A DNA stretch of 64,000 nucleotides, from the sequence record MK817115.1. One strand, written 5' to 3'. Under the pieces are notes generated by a model. That model was not told the DNA's origin. It searched no databases and worked only from the letters and a program-made list of their open reading frames with translations. Position 1 is the stretch's first letter, and every line of letters begins with the position of its first letter. Source of the DNA: Escherichia phage vB_EcoM_phAPEC6. Both the position numbers and the translations under genes were made by a program. Positions 47,214 to 56,862 of the stretch are shown in pieces.

Positions 47214-47830
47214 TAATCACAACTTCCAGACGATGAACTTGAATCAGAACTAGAGCTATCATAGGAACAAGAATCAGAGGAAGAACTGCTGTGACGGCTA
47301 TAATCACTGTAATCATCATTGTTGTAGATTGGTGATGTTACGATTGCTGCTGCGGTCGCTGCCGTTGCAATTTGTGCAGTATGGTCATGAACATCTAGTT
47401 TTGGTTCATCCTTAGATTTACCTTTGTTCTTACCTTTAGTGTAACGAGCTTTCTTTGCAGTTTTAGTATTTTTCTGTACTTTAGGAGCTTTTGGTTTCAC
47501 ATCTTCAACTACTGGAACTACATTCACTACAACTTTAGGATCAGTTTCTTCAAGTGTATTATACACTTTAACTTGCATTTGAACTTCAACTTCTTTAACT
47601 TCTGGAATAACTGTTTCTGGTGCTGGAGTGATTTTATCAAGTTCTTTAGTAATAAAGAAGCTTGTATTTTTCTCACCTAGCATAACAAGAAGACCAATGG
47701 CAATCACTGGACTTAGTACTGTACCAAGTACTACATAACCTAGAACACTTCTGTTATAGTTATATGCAAGCATACCAGAAATAATAATACCGATTACATA
47801 TGCACTGCTAAGAATAATTGGGGTTAACAT
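47213..47830 (-). CDS. membrane-anchored protein with Lys-rich and Ser-rich low-complexity tail
   Basis: 205 aa; N-terminal TM helices, KPKAPKVQKNTKTAKKARYTKGKNKGK, C-terminal SSSSSDSCSYDSSSSDSSSSSGSCD. Confidence 0.45.
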   Translation of the reverse strand: MLTPIILSSAYVIGIIISGMLAYNYNRSVLGYVVLGTVLSPVIAIGLLVMLGEKNTSFFITKELDKITPAPETVIPEVKEVEVQMQVKVYNTLEETDPKVVVNVVPVVEDVKPKAPKVQKNTKTAKKARYTKGKNKGKSKDEPKLDVHDHTAQIATAATAAAIVTSPIYNNDDYSDYSRHSSSSSDSCSYDSSSSDSSSSSGSCD

Positions 47831-48134
47831 ATTCTACTCCTTTGTATATAAATTTACTAACTTCTTCGATGTATAAAGACAACCCTGAACGTTCATTTAG
47901 AACTAACCAAGCACCAAAACCACATCGAATCTCGGATATACGAAACTCTTCTACACTATAAATTGAATACGCGTTAAATGGACATATTTCATCAGATATA
48001 CTTACCACATAGTTATTATTAATTGAATCTAACACCTGGGTATTGTATAAATTATTAGTACTGAAAATCTGCATTAACGAGCTAGAAAGCATCTCGGTTG
48101 TCTTTTCTAATATTGTTAAAAACGAACCATTCAC
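47808..48134 (-). CDS. hypothetical protein
   Basis: 108 aa ORF. Confidence 0.35.
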   Translation of the reverse strand: MNGSFLTILEKTTEMLSSSLMQIFSTNNLYNTQVLDSINNNYVVSISDEICPFNAYSIYSVEEFRISEIRCGFGAWLVLNERSGLSLYIEEVSKFIYKGVEYVNPNYS

Positions 48135-48191
48135 TTCAACTTCTCCCTATTGGTGATGTAATCAAATTATATCACCGAATTCTGATACGTC

Positions 48192-48497
48192 TCATGATAT
48201 TCGCATTTCATCTATATATAATGAACATGATTCAGAATTATCGTCTAAACTTAAACCTAAATCGACCATCAAACCGCAATGCGTTCCCCAGAATTTCTTT
48301 ATGTATAGTTTTTTGCTACTATTACCTAAATCATAAACATATTCATTTTTAAATATACTTTTTAATTCTTCACATATACATTTTATTATCTTCATTACTT
48401 GATTATGATATTCGTATGGTATTCCATCAAGTTCGTTAATTATTAATGCAAAACCATTATCATAGTACTTAAGTTTATTGAATGTTTGTATATCCAT
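48192..48497 (-). CDS. hypothetical protein
   Basis: 101 aa ORF. Confidence 0.4.
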   Translation of the reverse strand: MDIQTFNKLKYYDNGFALIINELDGIPYEYHNQVMKIIKCICEELKSIFKNEYVYDLGNSSKKLYIKKFWGTHCGLMVDLGLSLDDNSESCSLYIDEMRIS

Positions 48498-48794
48498 TTA
48501 ATATATAATCTCACTAGCTTCTATTGTGTAGACACCATCATCAGTCATTAATCTTACTGCAACTTTAATATTACTAGACATTCGTGTAACTATCAATCCA
48601 ATAATTATACCATTCTTTAAAGTACCATTATGGTATCTAACTTTTACTTCAGTTTTATTATCAATTAAGTATCTTCTAATTATGTGTATTTCATTTCTGA
48701 ATAATTCTAAAAAAGCTTCACTATTTTCTTTATCTGACCCGTCTGAACACCAGTACAATAAATTTACTTGTTCAAATAATTTTTTTATATTCAT
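48498..48794 (-). CDS. small protein, possible member of dispersed paralog family
   Basis: 98 aa. Confidence 0.4.
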   Translation of the reverse strand: MNIKKLFEQVNLLYWCSDGSDKENSEAFLELFRNEIHIIRRYLIDNKTEVKVRYHNGTLKNGIIIGLIVTRMSSNIKVAVRLMTDDGVYTIEASEIIY

Positions 48795-49150
48795 AAAAAT
48801 CTCACAGATTTAATATTACTGGTTACATGATTTACCCAAGTGTTATCGAACTTGTAAACAATTGTATTAAGTGATTTATGAAAATTAACCTCGCACACTA
48901 AAGCCTTGGAACCATTGATTGTACAGACCGTGGATGGTAAGTTGTTTGCTAATATCTCTTTTTCATCTAAACATAGTGAACTAATACAATCATAATAGAG
49001 AGGTTCAAGAACTTTTTCAGTACTGAGAAAGTCAAAAGAAAGATCATCTATTAGTTTTATGTAATCGAATAAATTATGATAATATTCATTCATTGTAGAT
49101 CCTTTTAAATTTAGCATTATTAGAATATGTATATGAATGACCAAAATCAT
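48791..49150 (-). CDS. hypothetical protein
   Basis: 119 aa ORF; 3' end overlaps next ORF, start uncertain. Confidence 0.35.
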   Translation of the reverse strand: MILVIHIHILIMLNLKGSTMNEYYHNLFDYIKLIDDLSFDFLSTEKVLEPLYYDCISSLCLDEKEILANNLPSTVCTINGSKALVCEVNFHKSLNTIVYKFDNTWVNHVTSNIKSVRFL

Positions 49151-49337
49151 TTACACCATGTACATTTAGTACACCGTCACTGAAATAAATTCGATCAATA
49201 GTGAGTTCACGTTTATAATCCCAATCATCATACCAGCACAGAACACGAATGCCTTTGTACTTTGTAGTTAAATCATTTTCTAATATAGTCAAGTAATCAA
49301 TATGACTTTTGAATATCTCTAAGTCCTGCTCAAACAT
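49086..49337 (-). CDS. small protein, dispersed paralog family
   Basis: 83 aa; motif ENDLTTKYKGIRV. Confidence 0.4.
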   Translation of the reverse strand: MFEQDLEIFKSHIDYLTILENDLTTKYKGIRVLCWYDDWDYKRELTIDRIYFSDGVLNVHGVNDFGHSYTYSNNAKFKRIYNE

Positions 49338-49597
49338 TATTGTTCCTCGTATAATTCTATATCATCAACTCCAACTTGGCGAATTGCAGTACTTCTGATG
49401 AATGTATTTTTTTCAAACAAACATACTGTTAAACGTATTTCACACTTCAATGCACTGTAATAAATCATATCAATAACACCATATGTTTCATACATTTCTA
49501 CGTATACATTTCGACCTAAGTACTTTTCTTCTAAATCAGTAATTAGACTATTGATAAGATTACCTATCTGTGTTATATCTGTGTGAAATTTATCCAT
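49337..49597 (-). CDS. small protein, dispersed paralog family
   Basis: 86 aa; motif ITDLEEKYLGRNV. Confidence 0.4.
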   Translation of the reverse strand: MDKFHTDITQIGNLINSLITDLEEKYLGRNVYVEMYETYGVIDMIYYSALKCEIRLTVCLFEKNTFIRSTAIRQVGVDDIELYEEQ

Positions 49598-49842
49598 TAT
49601 AATAAACCTCTCACATAAAACATTGATGAAAATAGATAATCATCAGTACTTGTGTTTAGATGTTTAGAAAAGCTATATTTTTTATGTTTTTTTTCGTATA
49701 AAGACAATCTATAGAACATTTCTATATTTTCTAAGTATTCTTTTTGTAATAACATCTGTGTTTTTACATTCATTATAATATTCCTTAAAAGAAAAAGGGA
49801 CCAACATATGATCCCTTTTGTATTAGAAATTTCCTTCTGCAA
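49597..49842 (-). CDS. hypothetical protein
   Basis: 81 aa ORF overlapping the pnk 3' region; uncertain. Confidence 0.3.
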   Translation of the reverse strand: MQKEISNTKGIICWSLFLLRNIIMNVKTQMLLQKEYLENIEMFYRLSLYEKKHKKYSFSKHLNTSTDDYLFSSMFYVRGLL

Positions 49843-50755
49843 CTTGAAAAACTTTCAAGCCAAGTAGCTTACGCCACATGAATACGACTTGTGTTCGGTC
49901 ATCATATACCTTTTTAACATCGTAATGATCAACCACATTTTTCATGTACAGGTCGAATTTTACAACATCATCAGGACGTTTATCATCGATATCTCGCATA
50001 AACAATGCATCGTAAGGAACACCCCAATTCTTAAGCCACTGTTCGGTATCCGCACGACACCCTTCAGTACGCCCACTCATGACGATAATCTTGCGTTTAT
50101 GAAAAACTGCTTCAGCGATAATAGACAAAATAACTTCTTCATCAGGTGTATCCTGAAGAACAGTACTTTCATCGTAAGGATTACGACCCCATTTATGAGC
50201 AAGAGTTCCATCGATATCAACGATGATAGCAGCTTCGCGTGAATTACCATAGTAACCAATGTGTAATGCTTTACTATAATAGTACGTATCTGCCATTTTG
50301 TCAATGATATCATCTGGTACTGAACGCTCACGCTGGAGGTTATATTTCTTACAAAGTTTTACGAACTCTTTAATCTTAAAGAATTCATGAACATCTGCAC
50401 CACGGTCTTCATTAGGTACAAAATCATCATAGAAGTTCTTTTCTTTGTAATCATAACCATTATCTGTAGCCCATACTTTCCAGAGATTACGGAAATGTGG
50501 TTTAAGGTTTGTATCGGATACTATGATGTTCCAACCATTCTCTGCTGCTGAATTTGCTGCACTGAACTGTAAATTATCTACGTACTGCTCATTAGCATCG
50601 TTGAATTTGTAAGCATCATGTGACCCAGCCATAGATTCACGAATATCATCACGGTTGATGTTGATAGTCTTGGATTTGGCTTTTTTAATCTCTTGCACTG
50701 CCCATGTAGTTTTACCACACCCAGGCAATCCAACTGTTAGTGTGATAGTTGGCAT
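49823..50755 (-). CDS. pseT: polynucleotide 5'-kinase / 3'-phosphatase (T4 PseT-like)
   Basis: 310 aa; P-loop GLPGCGKTT; HAD phosphatase motif DIDGTL; C-terminus DDRTQVVFMWRKLLGLKVFQVAEGNF matches T4 Pnk C-terminus. Confidence 0.85.
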   Translation of the reverse strand: MPTITLTVGLPGCGKTTWAVQEIKKAKSKTININRDDIRESMAGSHDAYKFNDANEQYVDNLQFSAANSAAENGWNIIVSDTNLKPHFRNLWKVWATDNGYDYKEKNFYDDFVPNEDRGADVHEFFKIKEFVKLCKKYNLQRERSVPDDIIDKMADTYYYSKALHIGYYGNSREAAIIVDIDGTLAHKWGRNPYDESTVLQDTPDEEVILSIIAEAVFHKRKIIVMSGRTEGCRADTEQWLKNWGVPYDALFMRDIDDKRPDDVVKFDLYMKNVVDHYDVKKVYDDRTQVVFMWRKLLGLKVFQVAEGNF

Positions 50756-50758
50756 CCT

Positions 50759-51088
50759 TTAATCCTCTAAAAATTTAACATGCTCTATATTATGATAGGT
50801 GAGCCATTCCTGTGGTGTTCCCTTTCGTATTAAAACACCAATATACGCAATACCATTAATTAGACCATTACTATCAGTATTCACATCAACTTTCACAATC
50901 TCGGAATCGTACCAGTGTTTAAATGTGTAATCCCAACATCTGACTTTCTTCCCAATAAGATTGCTCTTGTATTTGTCAATCATTTCATCGACGATAGTTT
51001 GTACTGAATTTTTAATTTCAGCTTCTACTGACTTTATATATAGTAAATTACTTTGTGCATTGTTTATCATTATATTTCCCAACTCCAA
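50759..51088 (-). CDS. small protein, dispersed paralog family
   Basis: 109 aa; motif KYKSNLIGKKV. Confidence 0.4.
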   Translation of the reverse strand: MELGNIMINNAQSNLLYIKSVEAEIKNSVQTIVDEMIDKYKSNLIGKKVRCWDYTFKHWYDSEIVKVDVNTDSNGLINGIAYIGVLIRKGTPQEWLTYHNIEHVKFLED

Positions 51089-51284
51089 ATCGCTTGGAGA
51101 TTTTCACAAGTACAGATTCATCACAACGAATACTAGCAGTATCATTGGATGAACTGTACTTTAATGGGGTCCACTGTAATTGAGATTCTTCTAGGAACTT
51201 GATACATCTGAAATAATCTTTCAAGGAAAGAAATTTAACTACTGACATATCCTGAACAATACTATGCTGAACTTCAACTTTCAT
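51048..51284 (-). CDS. hypothetical protein
   Basis: 78 aa ORF. Confidence 0.35.
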   Translation of the reverse strand: MKVEVQHSIVQDMSVVKFLSLKDYFRCIKFLEESQLQWTPLKYSSSNDTASIRCDESVLVKISKRFGVGKYNDKQCTK

Positions 51285-51293
51285 ATGAACTCC

Positions 51294-51551
51294 TTATAGT
51301 GGGTCAAATTTATTTTCACGTTTCGATGTATAGCGAGTTACATCATGTATTCTCGGCTTAACACCTTTTGGTTTCCTTTTCTTCTTGTATTCAGTACTAC
51401 TACATCCGAAGGTATTCTCGATTCGTTTCTTACTTATCTTCACACCTTTCATTGAGCGTTTGTGCTGTAATTCATCGATTTCTTCTTGTATTTTCCTGAA
51501 CTCAGTCGGAGAAAGGGAACCGTCATTTTTATACTTAGGTTTAGCCATCAC
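51294..51551 (-). CDS. small basic protein
   Basis: 85 aa, Lys/Arg-rich. Confidence 0.4.
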   Translation of the reverse strand: MMAKPKYKNDGSLSPTEFRKIQEEIDELQHKRSMKGVKISKKRIENTFGCSSTEYKKKRKPKGVKPRIHDVTRYTSKRENKFDPL

Positions 51552-51578
51552 TTCTCCTTGTGCTTAGGCTAGATAGTA

Positions 51579-52721
51579 CTAAAAATCCTTTAGTACAATT
51601 TTCATGTATTTTATAAGAGTCTCTTTGTAATCAACTTTCTTATTGTTATACATTGCAAAGGCCAAGCCCTGACGATTCAGTTCATTAGTTAAACACTCCT
51701 GAACCTTCATTGCGAATTCCTTTCGCTCCAAGTGCTTGTGTTCCTTGACGAAGCTTTCTACTTCATCTTGTAATGCATTATAGCACGAAAATACCAATTG
51801 TTCCATTCTTAATATCTTTTGCATAGCATATTCATCAGTACTGAACAATTGTTTTAAATCATCACTTGAACCATTTAATACTGCTTCATATAAATGAGAA
51901 TCAATAATAATACTATCTTTTGTAAGATGTAATGAACTGTACCAGTCAGTCTTTATTTTACACATTGTCCCATTATTTAGGATGCACACAAAACCCTCAA
52001 TATCAAGCATTTTATGAACTTCCTCCACGCTTTCACGGAAGGTATTTCGTACCGGAAAAGTGTGATGAATATCTTTTCCAGTCATATTAGTACTGTACTG
52101 TGCAAGACATGGAAACTTATCACGTAGTGCTTTACCACATAGCAACTCACCACTCACACGATGACGAACGTTCAGTACAAACAGTTGTTCTACCTGATAT
52201 GGTAATACAATTCGGTACTCTGGGCTTGTATACTCCATATTAACTGTGTAACCTAAACGTTCCGCTTCGTCGATGTACTGATACAAATTCTGGTTCTCGT
52301 TAATAAGTCGAGTACTGTTAATCGCATGGTCAGAATACAATGCAGTATGTGATTTACAACGAATCTCACCATCATTATCACGGTAAGTACTGATAATCGA
52401 ACCATCCAACTTAGGCATCACTACCGCAATGTCATCGCATGTGGTGTTAGCAGGGAACATTGTAGCAGGATTCTCGTAAGCATTGAAGAACTTTTTCATT
52501 GTACGTGCTGCACAACGTATCATTTCACCTTCTTCATCAATTTCCCACATAGAGCCACGGGTTTCCAACGCATTTGGTTGCATGAAATCAGTGTATGATG
52601 CTAGACGATAACTGAATACACGATACGTGCCACCAGCAGGACTTTTATGATCCACATAAAAGAATGCATCGTTTGTATTACATAAGTGCATTAAATCTTC
52701 ATATATTTGCAAAAGGGTCAT
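51579..52721 (-). CDS. rnlA: RNA ligase 1 (T4 Rnl1/gp63-like)
   Basis: 380 aa; adenylation motif KLDGS; YRVFSYRLASY, KIKTDWYSSLH and GSSDDLKQLFSTDEY align with T4 Rnl1 segments. Confidence 0.85.
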   Translation of the reverse strand: MTLLQIYEDLMHLCNTNDAFFYVDHKSPAGGTYRVFSYRLASYTDFMQPNALETRGSMWEIDEEGEMIRCAARTMKKFFNAYENPATMFPANTTCDDIAVVMPKLDGSIISTYRDNDGEIRCKSHTALYSDHAINSTRLINENQNLYQYIDEAERLGYTVNMEYTSPEYRIVLPYQVEQLFVLNVRHRVSGELLCGKALRDKFPCLAQYSTNMTGKDIHHTFPVRNTFRESVEEVHKMLDIEGFVCILNNGTMCKIKTDWYSSLHLTKDSIIIDSHLYEAVLNGSSDDLKQLFSTDEYAMQKILRMEQLVFSCYNALQDEVESFVKEHKHLERKEFAMKVQECLTNELNRQGLAFAMYNNKKVDYKETLIKYMKIVLKDF

Positions 52722-53026
52722 TTTATTACCTCTATATCTACATCAGTTCCATAATATGATATTAATCCATCATCAGATTCACACTGAATAGACAACTCAG
52801 ATTCATAGTATGTTACTTTATTCACTGTTAGTACTTGTTCTTCAATTACTCCAGAAAAATAATTCATCTCACGTACACGAACTTTAGTTCCTTTAGGTAG
52901 TTCATCTGAGATTTTTCGAACAAGATCATAAGCAGCCTGTTCAAGTGTGTACAGTAATTGTAATCTATCTTGAATATTCATATTATTTCCACCAACTGGT
53001 ATCACGTCCATTAGACAAAGATTCAT
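52718..53026 (-). CDS. small protein, dispersed paralog family
   Basis: 102 aa; motif ISDELPKGTKV. Confidence 0.4.
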   Translation of the reverse strand: MNLCLMDVIPVGGNNMNIQDRLQLLYTLEQAAYDLVRKISDELPKGTKVRVREMNYFSGVIEEQVLTVNKVTYYESELSIQCESDDGLISYYGTDVDIEVIK

Positions 53027-53672
53027 TGTACTGATGCCTAAAATTAGTTTTTGGATTATTGTTCATAGTACTAATAAAATCAAATTTAACATTCTCTTGA
53101 ATATATTTTTTAACACTATCTTTAAATTTAATAGTACTGAAGTCTAAATCTAGATGTTCATACAATACCGGATGACAAAACTCATGTGTACGCAACGCTG
53201 GCATGGTATCCTTAATGTATTGCACAGTGTTAATCATTGCATTGTATTCCGGCATAGCACGCATCATCATTAGCTGAAAGTGTTCTTCCTCTGACATTGA
53301 CTCATCCAAATCAATAACGACTTCATCATTTTTAGAGTCATAAACTTTAATGGTACTCTTGGTTGGATCAAGCATAGCCCACTCTGGATACAGGCATGTT
53401 TTCCAAAAAGGATTATTGCACTGAAACATACTAATGAGATTTTGATCTTTATCAAAAATAGCAAATCCAAGATCCGAACTTGGTTGTACTTCACATACAC
53501 AAATATCGTAAGACGAGTCTTCAGTACTGAGTGAACCAACTACATTTGATATATGTGAATATGGAGTTTCTCTTGACTCCAACTGAAATGTACTTTCAAT
53601 TCGATTGATTTGTGGATGTAATGTAATTACACCCCTTAGTACATATAAAATTCTATCTAAATCTTTAATCAA
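52983..53672 (-). CDS. hypothetical protein
   Basis: 229 aa ORF. Confidence 0.45.
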   Translation of the reverse strand: MIKDLDRILYVLRGVITLHPQINRIESTFQLESRETPYSHISNVVGSLSTEDSSYDICVCEVQPSSDLGFAIFDKDQNLISMFQCNNPFWKTCLYPEWAMLDPTKSTIKVYDSKNDEVVIDLDESMSEEEHFQLMMMRAMPEYNAMINTVQYIKDTMPALRTHEFCHPVLYEHLDLDFSTIKFKDSVKKYIQENVKFDFISTMNNNPKTNFRHQYNESLSNGRDTSWWK

Positions 53673-54247
53673 AATTCTATCCCCGTATCAGTTAATTTCG
53701 TTCCGTCCATGTACTTAACAGTTATTTCAATGCGTCGATCAGTACTCAATTTTTGAAGATCATTGTAGTACAATTTAAATTCTTCAAAGAACTCAAGTGG
53801 TGGAATATCGTATAAAGTACTAATCTGGAAGTGCTCAGGTAATCCAAATTCCAATATATCAATCTTAGGCATAAGTCCATCGGCTGCTGCACCTTCTGGA
53901 GTACTGCTATCTGCTACATAAAACATAGAATTACCATGACGCTGGATAACGAATATGCAATCATCTTCACTTACATAAATCATATTTCCAAGGTATGGAT
54001 CGTTATCACACCAATTATCATGGACGAGTTGTTCAACTTGAAGTAAATCTTTTATAATTCCCTGACCACTATCGTCAACTAGAATATGTAAACCAGAACA
54101 ATCTTTGCTCAACCAGCGGTATCTTGCATCACATCCTGATTCCATAAATGGATATTTTGAAAAATCCATATCAGTACCATTATAAAACCAATCGTACCAC
54201 TCATTACGCATACTAATCAGCTTAGTACTTAATTCTAATACATTCAT
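53669..54247 (-). CDS. hypothetical protein
   Basis: 192 aa ORF. Confidence 0.45.
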   Translation of the reverse strand: MNVLELSTKLISMRNEWYDWFYNGTDMDFSKYPFMESGCDARYRWLSKDCSGLHILVDDSGQGIIKDLLQVEQLVHDNWCDNDPYLGNMIYVSEDDCIFVIQRHGNSMFYVADSSTPEGAAADGLMPKIDILEFGLPEHFQISTLYDIPPLEFFEEFKLYYNDLQKLSTDRRIEITVKYMDGTKLTDTGIEF

Positions 54248-54254
54248 TTTAGTT

Positions 54255-54557
54255 TTATCCTCTTAATTTAATAGTACTGGCTGGATATTCTACAAAAGTA
54301 TTATCTGGTAATCCTATACAGTAATAAGGTAAATACCCCATCTTTATATTAATACCAATTAAAATTCCTGTTTTATATGAAGTATTAATTCCATAGTAAT
54401 CGTCTATATCAACAGCAAGTCCATATAATGATATGTTACAATCCTTGATGTATCGGTCAAACATTTTATACATTGATGGATATAAAGTTCCATTGGATTG
54501 TCTCACCAAATCAGCCAACATTTTGATAGTACTGTTAATTAAATCTATACTGAACAT
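54255..54557 (-). CDS. hypothetical protein
   Basis: 100 aa ORF. Confidence 0.4.
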   Translation of the reverse strand: MFSIDLINSTIKMLADLVRQSNGTLYPSMYKMFDRYIKDCNISLYGLAVDIDDYYGINTSYKTGILIGINIKMGYLPYYCIGLPDNTFVEYPASTIKLRG

Positions 54558-54570
54558 CTTTGTACCTGCG

Positions 54571-54594
54571 AAAAAAGACCAGCAAACGCTGGCC
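54571..54594 (-). terminator. rho-independent terminator-like hairpin
   Basis: Stem CCAGC/GCTGG, loop AAAC, A-run 54571-54576 on plus. Confidence 0.35.
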
Positions 54595-54601
54595 TAAGAA
54601 T

Positions 54602-54883
54602 TTAAATTATTTCATAAAGACAATATACACCATCAACGCCAGCATCAGGAAAATCAACATAGAAATTCACACTAACAGTGTCGTAATCTATATCAGTGAT
54701 TCGTCCGGTTTTACCTACACTTTTTACAAATATATCAGACCCAAGATACACAAACTCGAACTCGTCAGCATACTCTTTTATGATATCTGCGAACCTACAA
54801 CCACACCTAGGTTCTGTGTTAATAATTTCAAGATATAATGTAATATATTGTTCGTATGTCCATGTGTGTAGATAAAAATCCAT
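54602..54883 (-). CDS. hypothetical protein
   Basis: 93 aa ORF. Confidence 0.4.
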   Translation of the reverse strand: MDFYLHTWTYEQYITLYLEIINTEPRCGCRFADIIKEYADEFEFVYLGSDIFVKSVGKTGRITDIDYDTVSVNFYVDFPDAGVDGVYCLYEII

Positions 54884-54893
54884 AGAAGTTTCC

Positions 54894-55631
54894 TTAGAAA
54901 TATATCATACCCATCAATTCAGAATCGGCGGGGCGAGTATAACCTTGCTTCTTAACTTTAAAATAGAATGATTCATGCTCTTCTAAATTATAACGTTTTT
55001 TCAAGCAACGAGTGTATGTCTGACAATTTGGGTGAACCCATTCATAAATGTGAATGCCATTTTCGTCATAACCATTTATACTACAACGATTTCCTTCATG
55101 CTTCATAAAGTTTTTACTTTTTTCAGTAAATTCTTTCACTGTAGTTGTATATGGAGATTTGTATTCAAAAGGAACTTCAGTCATACGAAAATAATAGTAT
55201 TCTTCGTCTTCATCATATCCCAAGAGCACTGTGTTAGTTTCACGTACATTGTAATGATTCTTACTTTTTAATTCATTTTCGTATATATCTTTCAGTACTT
55301 CTGCAAAAACTTCATCGCTTGATGCATTAGGATTAGATACACCTGATACTCGGCGTTCAATAATAAAATCAGTGAATTTGCGGTCTTCGGCAATATCTTC
55401 GTTCATATAAAGACTAACAAACTTATCCTTATATGTCTTTACACTATATTGCTTACTTTGTACTTCACTATAAACATCTGCTAACATATTCTCCTGACCA
55501 CACTGCACACCACTTACAGAATAAGCACATGCATGTTCAGCCATTACTGATGTTAACATTTGGAAATTTGCCATGTTTAATTCATTCGCCATCTCTGTAG
55601 CGAAACGGATACGGTCAAGCATTTCACACAC
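54894..55631 (-). CDS. hypothetical protein
   Basis: 245 aa ORF. Confidence 0.45.
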   Translation of the reverse strand: MCEMLDRIRFATEMANELNMANFQMLTSVMAEHACAYSVSGVQCGQENMLADVYSEVQSKQYSVKTYKDKFVSLYMNEDIAEDRKFTDFIIERRVSGVSNPNASSDEVFAEVLKDIYENELKSKNHYNVRETNTVLLGYDEDEEYYYFRMTEVPFEYKSPYTTTVKEFTEKSKNFMKHEGNRCSINGYDENGIHIYEWVHPNCQTYTRCLKKRYNLEEHESFYFKVKKQGYTRPADSELMGMIYF

Positions 55632-55680
55632 TCCTTGTGTTAATTATTGTTCCTTACCCATTATTATATCATGAATTAGA

Positions 55681-55959
55681 CTATTGTCCCTGTTTATAGC
55701 AATAAAGATTCTCTAATTTAAAATCTACTAGATCACATTCAGAACGTACTCGATTCTTGTTCCAGAATAAAATACGAATCCTTTCATAATCACGATAAAC
55801 ACTAATAATGCTTCTGTGCTTGGATTTGTAGTACTCCTGTACTATCCCCAGATACACAGTCCTCAATAAAGACTTAGTTGGATATGGCATATTCTGTGCT
55901 GACGTGATATCGTAAATCATCTTCATTGTTTCAGCAACAAGTACTTCATTTGTTCTCAT
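55681..55959 (-). CDS. hypothetical protein
   Basis: Track ORF starts at GTG 55977; ATG at 55959 (MRTNEVLV) overlaps the stop of the upstream small ORF. Confidence 0.4.
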   Translation of the reverse strand: MRTNEVLVAETMKMIYDITSAQNMPYPTKSLLRTVYLGIVQEYYKSKHRSIISVYRDYERIRILFWNKNRVRSECDLVDFKLENLYCYKQGQ

Positions 55960-56122
55960 TGTAATCCTTACATACACTATGTAAAGTAAATCCTAATCCA
56001 ACACCGACAAATGGAAATAGTAAATTGATATACCAAGTATTAATTGTTGAAAGGAAACAAATCCCACATACTGTCAGTACTGCCAATGAAAAAAGACTCC
56101 AGATAAAAAATACTGTTCTCAT
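55952..56122 (-). CDS. small membrane protein (56 aa)
   Basis: Unlisted ORF MRTVFFIWSLFSLAVLTVCGICFLSTINTWYINLLFPFVGVGLGFTL...; ATGA overlap with upstream gene. Confidence 0.3.
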
Positions 56123-56409
56123 AAAAATGTTACCTCATCAAATGAAAAGTTTAAGTACGTTGTTGAATCTTGGTCTAAACTATGAATAGTAATATGACCA
56201 TTGAAATAAAAAGAAACATCAACTATTTGAAGTTTTGGGTATTTTCTAGTACTGAAATACCTTCCTACTACTAAGTCAGAAAACATATTTCTGTATTCTT
56301 GTGTTACGTTTTTGTATAGGTTATGTAGAGCACTTTCTTGTGAATCGAAAGTAATGGAATAATCTTTCACCAATATAGCATATGTTTTCTGCATTAAAAT
56401 GATATTCAT
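56119..56409 (-). CDS. small protein, tandem paralog array
   Basis: 96 aa. Confidence 0.4.
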   Translation of the reverse strand: MNIILMQKTYAILVKDYSITFDSQESALHNLYKNVTQEYRNMFSDLVVGRYFSTRKYPKLQIVDVSFYFNGHITIHSLDQDSTTYLNFSFDEVTFL

Positions 56410-56666
56410 AAATCTCCTAATATCTCAAAAATTATTGATATTGGGTATACTGGGTTATCAGATGAAGTAACACATACTATTAGTACGTTTTTTCCAGGTG
56501 CTACATCCTTTACCGTGAAATTAATATTATTAAGAATCAGTGATTTACCAATATAATGCTCTTTCAATAATTCAACAAAATAATCCAGTACTGGATTATC
56601 TGCACTATATGATAACTCAGTACTTGATATCATTTTATATGTATGAACTATTAGTTCAGCTTTAGT
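56406..56666 (-). CDS. small protein, tandem paralog array
   Basis: Track ORF runs to 56792 but overlaps the zinc-ribbon ORF; internal ATG at 56666 (MTKAELIV) preferred; motif LKEHYIGKSL. Confidence 0.35.
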   Translation of the reverse strand, partial: TKAELIVHTYKMISSTELSYSADNPVLDYFVELLKEHYIGKSLILNNINFTVKDVAPGKNVLIVCVTSSDNPVYPISIIFEILGDL

Positions 56667-56862
56667 CATGAACACGCTCACAATTAAGGCAATAAATGCA
56701 CTCAATGTCAGGTCGCCATGATTTATCAAAATCTTTGTGCTGTTCTTCGGTGTATTCTGCATCATCATTAATAGGGAAGAAATCACCAGCACCAGTCGCC
56801 CAGTCTGAATCTAAACGGAAACGAGCTAATTGAGTACTGTTACAATATGGACATTTATTCAA
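56662..56862 (-). CDS. zinc-ribbon protein
   Basis: 66 aa; CPYCNS...CIYCLNC. Confidence 0.4.
   Translation of the reverse strand: MNKCPYCNSTQLARFRLDSDWATGAGDFFPINDDAEYTEEQHKDFDKSWRPDIECIYCLNCERVHD

Noticed and set aside
53270-53539. Nested minus-strand ORF 53270..53539 inside 52983..53672
   Set aside because: Entirely contained in a longer ORF in another frame; no independent support.
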